DNA of 64,000 nucleotides from positions 14,756,001-14,820,000 of the forward strand of contig CM106586.1 of the NCBI GenBank assembly GCA_048013815.1. The letters run 5' to 3'. The notes below the pieces were generated by a model. That model did no database searches. It saw only the letters and a list, made by a program, of their open reading frames with translations, and was not told the DNA's origin. A program made the position numbers and the translations under genes. Position 1 is the stretch's first letter. Every line of letters begins with the position of its first letter. Source of the stretch: Setoptus koraiensis. Its lineage: Eukaryota > Animalia > Arthropoda. Shown one piece after another: positions 1 to 10,500 of this stretch.

Positions 1-1880
1 TTGGTACCGCTATGGCGACCGACGGCGGCCAGTGGCGGCCGTAACGGTCGCATCCGCCGCTCGTCACCAATTGATATATCACACTGATATAATGTATCGA
101 TGTATTACATTGATATATCGCATCGATGTATCATATCGATATATTACATTGATGTATCATATTGATTTATTATGTCGATTTGTATTGATTTTGTCGATTT
201 TTGTATTTGGTGGCCGACATTATCCGCACGGCCGCTGACCTTGCACGGCCGCCGGCGCGCACCGACTGAGAGGCCGCCACTGAAAATGGCTGCAAGTGGC
301 CGAAAATGGCTGCAAGTGGCCGAAAATGAGCGCCGGAGATGGCCATTGTTTTCATTTGCGGCGGGCGCCCGTCGCTCAATTACAAGGCCCGATTTTTTGC
401 CCTGGCCGCCAGCCTACATTACGTAACGTGGGCAAGAAAAAATGGCTCCGTTGCGTGTCGGCCGACCTCTTAACAGCGCCACCAAAAACGACAGCGAGCA
501 AAAAAGGCACAACAAATATAATAAGTGGCGTTGTTGCGACTTTTTGCATAATTTGCAATTGTTTTACGACCACGACGACCACGGCCGGCAAACGGCCGCT
601 TAAATAGCCACTGTGCCACTGCTATTCGACCGGCTATCTGACGGGATATTCCACTGGCCATTTGACGGGATATTCCACTGGCTTTTTAACTGGATATTTG
701 ACTGGCTTTTTACTGGATATTTGACTGGCCAATGCACAGGCGCAGTGCGCTTTGCCTCGAAGGCCGCCGCTCAAATTGGCCGGTGTCAATTTGAATAGCG
801 GCAGTGCGCCGATTGGAATTGAATGTCGGCTTGCACAGAGTGATATGGCAAGAAAAAATCAGGAACAAGCGCCGAAAAAACACTTGTTACTCAAAATAAA
901 TTATATCTGATATTGCAGCATGCGTCTAATTTGGCATTGAAACAAAGCCGACAAGCGTCGGCTTCGAAATCGATACCGCGCCGCAATAATAAGGTTAGCA
1001 CCGGTGCACAGGTAACAACAGGTAACAAGGCGAATTATTGAGGGCCGACAAGACGCCGTGTTATGCGCAGGTAATTTGATTGTGCGATGCGATTGATTTT
1101 TTTCTATCTCTTGTTTCTATCTCTTGTTTCTATCTCTTGTTTCCATCTCTTGTTTCCATCTCTTGTTTTCTATCTCTTGGCCAGTCACATAGACACTGTA
1201 AGCGGACAGGTGAGCGGACAGCGGAAGAGTCAGTTGCTGTTGTTGCTGCAAAACACTCGATCGGCAAAAACTCAGCCAATCCAATCTCACCTGTACCATG
1301 TGCCTGCTGTAGTAACTGGCGTAATTATGACGTAATTACGCGCTAGTTATTATTTCAGTTTCAGTTGCAGCCATGGATAGAATAGAAATGGAAATGACGC
1401 CGCTCAATCGCTGGTCGCGCTTCCAGTTGGCGCGTCGCTTCAATTGGCCCCAATATCGACGTGATGTGATCATGCGACTCATATCCTATGCTGACTCATG
1501 ATATATATGTGAGGATATGTGGACAGTGAGATGCATGCGGATATTGGAAATGGCGCAACGAGTACAAGTGTCGGCGGCGGGTGCCAGCTTGCTTGTTTGG
1601 CGGATCAAGATCAAGGTGAGTCAATCACCTGGATGCACACGACGCAGCAAATTATATTTTCGGCTGCCGTTGTCCATTGTCGACCAATTGGCAACAACGA
1701 CAACAACAGCAACGACAACAACAACGACAACAAGTTTACTGGCGAGTCGTATTCACAACGACCTATTCACAGCAACAAGACGAGAGCAACAGGTGACAAC
1801 AGGTACAACTTGAAGTTATACTCTCCATTCGTGTGCTATTGATATTGCGCACAGCGCAACACACCTGTCGCTGGCCGCCG

Positions 1881-1994
1881 ACAACAACAACGACAACAAC
1901 AGCGCCAACAACAGCGGCAACAACAGCAACAACAACAGCAACAACAACAACAACAACAACAGCAACGACTACAACAGCGACAACAACAGCAACA
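1881..1994. repeat. Imperfect (CAA/CAG)n microsatellite
   Basis: Direct reading; source of poly-T/poly-V/poly-C ORFs. Confidence 0.9.
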
Positions 1995-2763
1995 GGTGAC
2001 AAACATGAACAGAGGGATCATGACCTTGCCACTGACAATGGTCATCGCTCGATAATTTATGTATGAATATTGTGTTTGTTGTTGTTATCTACATGCGCCA
2101 CAATGGCCGCAGTAGCGCCATACAAGTCGCTACAGGTGCAATATTGGCTTGTTGTTGTTGTTATTTATAAATGAATCTCGTCACACACTGGCCAGCAGCG
2201 TCTTGTGGTCTTGTTACGTCACACTATTGGAGCATACACACTGTCGGAGCATACACACTGTTGCAGCATACACACTGTTGCAGCGTACACACTAAAGTCG
2301 GATAAAGTGGACAGTCGTGGAAAAATTGTGTCCACTGGACGGTCGGCGCCGAGGCCATTATTTCGCCGGCTAATGATTGTTGGGCGATTAGTGGCCACTT
2401 GTTACATGCATTATCCACTTGTGTCGCGTCTCTCTCGCTCTGGCCGCCGATTTGCCGGCCGACGTTGTTGTCGTTGGTAGTGCGGTTGTTGCTGGTGGTG
2501 CGGTTGTTGCTGGTGGTGCGGTTGTTGTTGTTGTTGTTGCTGATTGCGCAAGTGTGCTGGAAAAACAAATCACAACAGTCGCATTAGTGGCTGCTAGAGC
2601 CAATGGAGCGTGAAAGCGTTGATGAAGCATCTAAAAAGGTCCATGCCACCGTTGATTGTATCACACGATGATGATGATGCAACTACCTGTTGCAGTGTTG
2701 TTTTCACACACACTGCTTCTCATCGCCGTTGTGCCAGCACAGGTGAGTGTGTGTGTGCGTGTA

Positions 2764-2801
<38 letters not shown>

Positions 2802-3898
2802 ATATACATAGGGCATGCAATCACTGGCTGTATGTATCGGCCGCATGTATCGGCCGCATGTATCGGCTGTAGGCAAGTGGATGCACAGCCATTCAAATAA
2901 ACGACCACCACTAATGGTAATGCCTACCCTCTGCAAATCTATCGGATCCATCGATCACACGACCACTTGCGCAACACCACACCGGCTACAAATAGATCGC
3001 AATCAATTGCGTCACACAGGCGACAAGTCGAGACGAGATACACTTAAGCGGGCATACAGGACTAATCGCCCGCGTTTGATACACTTAATGACTTGCGCCG
3101 CCGACTGGCCAGTGGCGCCGCCGGGCCGGACAGCCGATGTGTCGAAATGGCGCTTGTGTCGTCACATATATCAGACACATGCCACTGATGCAAATGATCG
3201 CCACATAATTGCTCTTTTCTGACACTGCTGCTGTCGCCGTTGTCACTTTGGCCGTTGTTGTCGCTGTCGTCACTTTGGCCGTTGTTGTCGCTGTCGCCGT
3301 TGTTGTTGCCGGGGCAGCGCCAATTTGTCCAGTGTTCGGCCCGGCAACGACAGGTATTTATCCCGTGGCCGGTGCGCTAATGTAAGCGCACTCGCGATGG
3401 ACAAAGTCGCACTGGCAATGGATAAAATCGCGCAAATCGCACAAACGCAAATCGCCCAAATTCACCCATCGAACAATGCGACTGGTCGACGAGTATTTAC
3501 GCGTAAATACCGCCACGCACTCGCCGTGCGCGGCACGGCTCACGTGCGTTAGCTCATGGTCATCGAGCCTCGCTGCGTGTGTTCACATTTCGGCGCGCAT
3601 CCGCGCATAAATATACAATATTTTTAAATTTTGTATTCATGCGCGGATGCGCATTGCGTACATTGCATATCTATGGCAACCAACCAACGACTGGGCCCCA
3701 AAAGCCAGGCCCAAAATGTCAAAATGTCCCAAAATTTGGCACATTCTGACCTTTTCAGGGTGTTCAAGACATTCGAGAATTCACTCGACGAGCCCAGATT
3801 GGGGCCACTGTGGGCACGAAGGTCGCAAAAAAGGGAAACGTCGGAAAAGAGAGAAAAATCGGAATAGAGGGAAAAGCCGGAAACGGGGGAAAACTCAC

Positions 3899-6154
3899 CC
3901 CTGATTGGGTATTGCAGTCCTGGCCAGTTAGGAACATCTCCAATTGAAATTGTTGCTGATTCTTTATGTGGGCATTGCACGTCTCTGACCTGCCCAACGC
4001 GTATATGCGACCGTGAAAGGGTTTCTCTGTTTTGACGTTGACCACAATTTTGGTGTCTGTACATTTAAGCGAGACATCGTAACAGTACCCGTGCGCGTCG
4101 CAATTCTGGTCCATGACGGGATTGATGAGGGTGTTGCCGTTGCCCTGATTGTTGCCCGAGCTCACTATCTGGCCGCCGCCGCCCGGCTGCCTAATGGGCA
4201 TACCGTTGGGCATGGGCAGGTCGTTTGTGTCTTCGCGCATGGGCAGCATTGACGTAATGATGGGCGACACTGTGGATGAGGCAGTGGAAATGAGCTGAAT
4301 GTTTGAGGGTGTCGAGGGCAACCGGCCCGGATTCATGGTGCTACTTCCGGCGCCCGAGCCGCTGCTAGGCCGGTCGTTTAGCTGTATCTGAATGGTGCCG
4401 GGCGGTGTGACATTGGGCAGTGATTGCGGAAATGGTCGGGTACTGTCGGTGATAATGTTGATGTTCTGGTTGTTTGTTGTAGAAGTGATGGGTATCTGAA
4501 TGGAGCTGGGCGGGTGACCGCCGCCGTTGTTTCCGCCGATGGATTGGGGCGCCGTCGAGGACGAGGTGGACTGTTGCTGCTGCTGCTGTGAGCTGCTGGG
4601 CGACACAAGCGTCTCGTTGGCGCACATGGCCTCCAAATAAACGGCCGACGTTTCGCCGCTGTCCAGTAGCGGTTGCATAACTTGCGACGCAAAGGTGTCC
4701 GCACCATCGGGAAACGTCTTCTGGTCCAGGTGATAGAGGGCGCAGTTGGGCTGGCCCTGTTTGTTGGAGGACCGGTACACTATGGAGCGGCAAATGAATT
4801 CGTGCTCTATGGTGCAAGCGCGCACGCAGCCCGCCTGCGACTTCACTAGCATCTCTTTATCCGGATAATAGTTGAGCTCGACGAAATGAGCCACTCGCTG
4901 ATGGGGCAGGCCTATTTTGGCGTAATCATAAATGCGCGCATCGGGACAAATGTCTTCGCTCAACAAGCACGCATTCTCATAGTAATCAACGCCTGGCGCG
5001 TCTTGCAAATCTTGCACAGCCTGCTGTTGCTGCGCAGCAAGCAGTGCGCTTCCGCCGGAAGTGGCCAGCTGCTGCTGTGCCAGTTGAACTTGATGCAGAA
5101 TGTAGGGCGAGCGGCGATCGTGTTCGCTCAAAAAACACTGTTGCGTCATGTAATTGTATTCAAATGAGCGGCACACAAACTCTGTGTGGCCCATACAATA
5201 GCCCAAACATATCTCCTTGCTGGGCACATTGCCAAACAGCTGATTGCTGTGCACCCTAAGTCGCTTGTTCGGGAACCGCTCCGCTGCCCACAACCTGTTG
5301 CATGTATGCTCAGACCGGACGTGAATTTTGTTGAAAAAATACAAATTTGTTGCCTTTTGGGGCTGCGGCAAGGTGGCCAGCGCCGACTGCGAGCTGTACT
5401 GATTGACCACCTTGCGGGCGAGCGTATCATTCTGGAGCATACAGGTAGTCTCTTGCAGCGCCGCAAACGGATTCACCACGAAACTGAAGGCGGCCGAGGT
5501 GCACGACGACTCCTCCTTGCACCAGCCCAAACACTCGAACAGCGACACGTTCTGTATGGAGTAGTACGTGGTGCCGGAGTAGTCGCGGTTGGTCATTTTC
5601 TCGAACGTGACACGGGCCCCGCTGGCGCCGCCGCCGGCGGCCAGCAGCACCAGCAAGAGGGCGCCACCGACGAGCAGCGCTCGCCAGAGTGTGTTGTGGT
5701 TGCTGCCGCTGCCGCTGACTGTCGCTGGCTGTTTCGTTGGTGATTTGAACTGGTCATTTGAAATTGTTGTTTTGGTTGTTGTTGCTCTGGTTGTTGCTTT
5801 GGTTGTTGCTGCTGCTCTGAATGCGCACTGGCCGCGGTCTGGGCACCCATCGGCGAGCGCTGATCTCGAGCTGTGCTGTTGTGATTGTTGCATAATTGTT
5901 GTGATGGTTGTTGTTGTTGTTCTTGGTTGCGTGGTTGTTGTGTTAGTTGTTGGTCGGTGTTGACTCGTTGTTGTTGTTGTTGTTATTGCTGTTTGTGCTG
6001 TTTGTGTGCTGTTTGTCTCGTCGGTGGTCGGTGTCGTGGCTACTGCCGATCGGCGCTGTCTCGTGCCGCTAATAATGCTGCCAGTGACATTACTGCACTC
6101 GCTGCTCGCCGACAGGGGCGCCTCATCACTGGACAGTTGTCGAATGGGGCGCAT
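3899..6154 (-). CDS. tyn: Large coding exon of a PAN/Apple x3 + zona pellucida (ZP) domain apical extracellular matrix protein, trynity-like; 3' exons not located in window
   Basis: ORF from ATG 6154. Hydrophobic signal-like segment LWRALLVGGALLLVLLAAGGGASG, then three Cys-patterned PAN modules (CLGWCKEESSC, CLGYCMGHTEFVCRSFEY, CVRACTIEHEFICRSIVY) and the start of a ZP-N domain (CYDVSLKCTDTKIVVNVKTEKPFHGRIYALGRSETC...GQDCNTQS), which resembles Drosophila trynity as I recall it. Frame ends at a phase-0 GTGAGT donor at 3898; ORF-track residues 3764-3898 are intron read-through. Orthology to tyn versus nyo/neo/nompA-type paralogues is less certain than the domain call. Confidence 0.85.
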
Positions 6155-6291
6155 TCTTTTGCTGGCGATGAGACAATTCGCTGTGTGTTGTTGTTGCTGC
6201 TGTCGTTGTTGTTGCTGTTGCTGTTGTTGTTGTCGTATTGCCGTTGGCTAGTGTTGTTGCGCAACCAAATCACTCTTGTGCTGTTGCCGAT

Positions 6292-7250
6292 ACCGTTATG
6301 TTAATTGTTATGTAAGTTGTTGCGTAAGTTGCTTGTGTAAGTTGCTTGTGTGAGTTAGTTGTGTGACAATCGTCGATATGTTTTGATCACTTCGATTATG
6401 ACGCAATATTGATGCAATATATGGCGCAATAGATAGATGCTTATTATGTAACTAACTGTTATGTAACTAACTGTTATGTAACTAACTGTTATGTAACTAA
6501 CGGGGTTGTATTTGCAACGGTACTATATTTGTAACGGCGCTGCCATCGACGATGCTCACTGACCGCTGCTCGGGATGCGAATGATGCTGCTATGAGACAA
6601 TGATCATCATGCAACTATTATCTGTTCGTATTATCGTCACTATCGAGCACAACCGTTAAGTTATATATATATAAAGATCGCTAGTTGCACAAATAGCTCA
6701 CCTCAAATAACACTCAACTGGCACAACAATTCTTGAGTCAACGCAACTGTGCAAGCGAACTTGACTTTGAATTTGTGAGCAACTTTCAACATGCCCTCTT
6801 ACGTAACCAGCTACTGAACAGACAAGCAGGCTGGCCGTGAAAAAGTAACGGTACCCTTCAACTCTTGCCCTGTTCACCTGTGCACTGTGCGCGACTCACC
6901 TGAGTCTCGTCGTGTGTTATGTAACATAGCGTGTCATGGTAAGTGTGTGTGAACTTGACAAGCGCTCAATGTTACTGTTAGTTTATTTACGAGTGTGAGT
7001 CTTCTCCCACGGCCACTCCCAACTGTCTCGCCAGCAACTGTCAACTGGCGTCAGCTGTTGCTGGCGAGACTCAAGAAAGAGAGAGAGAGAGAAAAAACAA
7101 TTCAAGTTCAAGTTCAAGGTTGGCTCACTTGGCGCCGCCCAAGATACCGTAATTATTTCAGGCCAAAACTATAACTGCGCCCGTCGCAACTAACTCATCG
7201 CACAACTGTAAACTCAACTCAGGTGAGATGCAGTTGAGTCGCATAACGGT
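6292..7250. promoter_or_regulatory. Putative enhancer/promoter of the ZP gene with clustered Ovo/Svb-type and PAR-bZIP motifs
   Basis: ACHGTTAK matches at 6292, 6455, 6470, 6485, 6974 and 7243 (reverse); RTTATGTAAC at 6443, 6458, 6473, 6488 and about 6916; TTACGTAA at 6799. Confidence 0.45.
6443..6500. repeat. 15-bp tandem repeat x4 (TTATGTAACTAACTG)
   Basis: Direct reading. Confidence 0.95.
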
Positions 7251-9450
7251 CGGTGTTTGAGTCTCAAGTGTCTCGAGTAGCAAACAGCAACAAGTCTCAA
7301 GTATCTAACAGCAACAAGTCTCAAGTGGCTCCATGTCAAAACAATACAAACTGCACCTTGCAAGCTATTGAATGGTCTTCTTCTCTAAATACCATTGCCA
7401 TCTAAATATAGAAAATGCATCTCAACGCCATCTTTCGGACCTGTTTAGCAAACACAAACAGTTAATGGCAAATTGGGTGCACATTAATTATGATGCAACC
7501 ATCAGATGCAATTATTATGTAACCATGCAATCATGACACAATGATGCCAATATGATGCACACGCCAGAGTTTTAATTTGTTGTCTGTAATCACAACTGGC
7601 CAGCTAATAATTCATTCGACAGGTATCATCCGTCTGTTATGTCTATCGTATTCGTATTTCCGTTTCGTTTCCATCAATTCTCACGAGCCACTCGCTGCTA
7701 TTCTCAGGGTTTACAGCGATTAGAGAGCCTCAATGGGAACCACAGATCAGATTAGAAAAGTGGGGGACCGATTTGGCGAGATTTGGTCAGTGCCAGTTTG
7801 CCAGTGAGTCAACAGGGGATTGCACAAATCGGATTGCAGATGAGCGAATTTCGCCGGACAGCCAGCGCCATCTACAATCGGAATTTAATCAGCACGAAAA
7901 CTGTTTGATGATGATACAATTTCAGTTTTCAGCTATATCATACAAGACTTGATAGACTGAAAATTGTTATTATATTATTATTTAATTTGGCCTGATCTCA
8001 TTGGCATGATCTCATCTAACTGCACACGGCTCGACGAGGGCGCAACGGTGCTGCATTTAGTATTTGGATTTATCACTACTTGTTAATATCAAGTTATTAT
8101 ATCAAGTATAAGATGTGATTAAAACTAGACTAGCGGATATTTTGCGGCTTGGCACAGCATCAAGATGCGATGCTATTGGCCCCATTAATATCATGCATCA
8201 CATCCGATAGTTGCGTATAGTCAGCTTATAGTTAGCATGAACCATCTAACTGCGCTTATGCACCAAACGGCGAGGGCCAGACAAACAAACAATGAAACGG
8301 ATAAACAGCAACGAGAGCTCAGGAAAGTATTTGATAAAATTGAATTGAGTGCGCAAACAACAATGGACAAGCGCAAATATACGCATATAAATAGAGGCAA
8401 ATGGTTTCATTTGCATTTATATCCATTTATATCCATTTATATCCATTTATATCCATGCTCGGCGTTTATGTGTCTCAGTGAGATTAGATTCACTTTACTT
8501 ATGCTTGCTGCTATTACATCATTGGCAGCTTTTAATTTTGCTCATTTGGCCACCACTCAATCATTGCTTGAGCAGCATTGAAAAGGCGCGCTCACCGGGC
8601 CATTATGTGTATTTTCACCATTATTTTCTCCATTATTTTCACCATTATGCCATTATGTAACATCATAACATTATAACACGATGAGCATTGTGAGCGTCAT
8701 GAGCATTATAAGCGCCATAGTAATAATAATAGTAATAATAATAACAATAGTAATAATATTTGCAATGGTGATAATAATAACAATATTTGTAATAGTGATA
8801 ATAATAATATTTGCGATAGTGATAATGGCAGTAATGTAATTATGTGATATAACAATCGGCGCTGTCTGACGTTGTTGTTGTTGTTGGTGTTGTTGTGTCA
8901 TCATTTGACTCATCATGGTCTGACTTTCGAGATGCAAACCATTGGACAGGCGCACATTATTTATTTCGGCTGATCCTTTCGCGTGAGCGAGCCACTGACA
9001 GTTTGCCGAGCGTGCTAACACCGTCGAGCCTTGGCCAAATCACGATGAGCAACAACAACAACAACAACAGCAGCAACAACAACGCGACCGTGATGTAATA
9101 GACGCCGCCAGGTGATGGGTGTCTAACTAAGAGCACATTATATGCAAATGTTGCTGATGATCTCACTCTCTGGCCACAGGTGAGCTTCTGGCTTGTTGGC
9201 GCAATGCTCGAGCAAGTGGCCCAGTGAAGCCGGCCAAATGGAGAATGCGTTCTGGCGAAACATTCGCTGGCAAAATGTTTGGCAAGCGAGAAATAAGATT
9301 GCCAGCCAGAGAGAGAGATTGCTGCTGTTGCGTAATTTGCGCATTGTCAGCCATTGTTTGAGTGTTGCAGTGCGATTTGCATTGAGCTACACGCTAAAAC
9401 TTGTTGATGTCGGCGGTGGTCAGCGGTTGTTGCCGCTGTTGTTGTGGCCA

Positions 9451-9483
9451 CAACAACAGCAGCAGCAGCAACAACAACAACAA

Positions 9484-9542
<59 letters not shown>

Positions 9543-9550
9543 ACAGCAGC

Positions 9551-9647
<97 letters not shown>

Positions 9648-9678
9648 GCAACAACAACAACAACAACAACAACAGCAG
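9451..9678. repeat. (CAA/CAG)76 microsatellite
   Basis: 228 nt of uninterrupted CAA/CAG triplets. Confidence 0.97.
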
Positions 9679-10380
9679 GTTCGAGAGTTGCGCAAGAGGG
9701 ATAAAAATGAAAAGATGAGACCGAAACGTTTGACCTAAATGGCAGCACTGACCAATAAAACGAAACCATTATGCGGCGTGCATGCCTCATGACGGCAATA
9801 TAGGCCTCGGCCGCACAGTTGCAGTGTGCGGCGCGGGCCGGGTCGCACGGGACGCAGCGCCGCGCACGGAATGCGCCCGCCGGAGCGGCCCGACGGAGTG
9901 CGCCCGACAAAATAGCCCGGCGAGATGAACCAGAGAAAGGGCCGGCAATTCGGGCGAGAAGTCGGCGAGAAGCCGGCAATTCGGGCGAGAACACACAGCT
10001 AGCGAATTGGGCGATTCGGGCGAGAGAGAGAGATGTGTAAAAAGAGAGATACAGTGGATACGGTGCGGCGATTAGGGCCGGCGCACGGTGGCGCGCGAAC
10101 GCATCGGCGGCGCCGGCGGAAAGTATTCATATTGCGGCCGGTCGGGCAGTTGCTGAAACAGTTGTTTGCAGCTCGGCCAAGAACAAGGCCCGATAATAGT
10201 AACACAATAATAATACATTAGTAATAATAACACGGTAACAACGCATAATCGCCGCCGCTAATAATAGTGGCCGCACACACAACAATGACACATGCCGGCC
10301 AGCTCTCGGTGCCCTAGATTCGCGGCCACTTTCCGGCCGGTCGGGCCGCCGGACGCGGCTCACTTTCCTGCGAGCGAACT

Positions 10381-10500
10381 CGAACAGCTTCGGCGGCTCC
10401 GATTCGCACAGCGTCGGCGGCTTCGATTCGCACAGCTTCGGCGGCTTCGATTCGAACAGCTTCGGCGGCTCCGATTCGAACAGCCTCGGCGGCGCTTCGA
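10381..10500. repeat. 24-bp minisatellite x5 (CGAACAGCTTCGGCGGCTCCGATT)
   Basis: Direct reading; gives the FESEPPKL repeats in the ORF track. Confidence 0.92.

Noticed and set aside
3764-3898. C-terminal part of the 796-aa ORF (VSFPPFPAFPSIP...)
   Set aside because: Begins exactly at a GTGAGT donor where ZP homology stops; intron read-through.
9193-9738. 181-aa poly-Q ORF and overlapping poly-L/C/V/N/T ORFs
   Set aside because: Open in most frames only because of the (CAA)n tract; no domain and a non-ATG start.
10381-10500. Regularly spaced repeats that might suggest a CRISPR array (also 28728, 37735, 40606)
   Set aside because: Head-to-tail tandem units without unique spacers, eukaryotic context, no cas genes.
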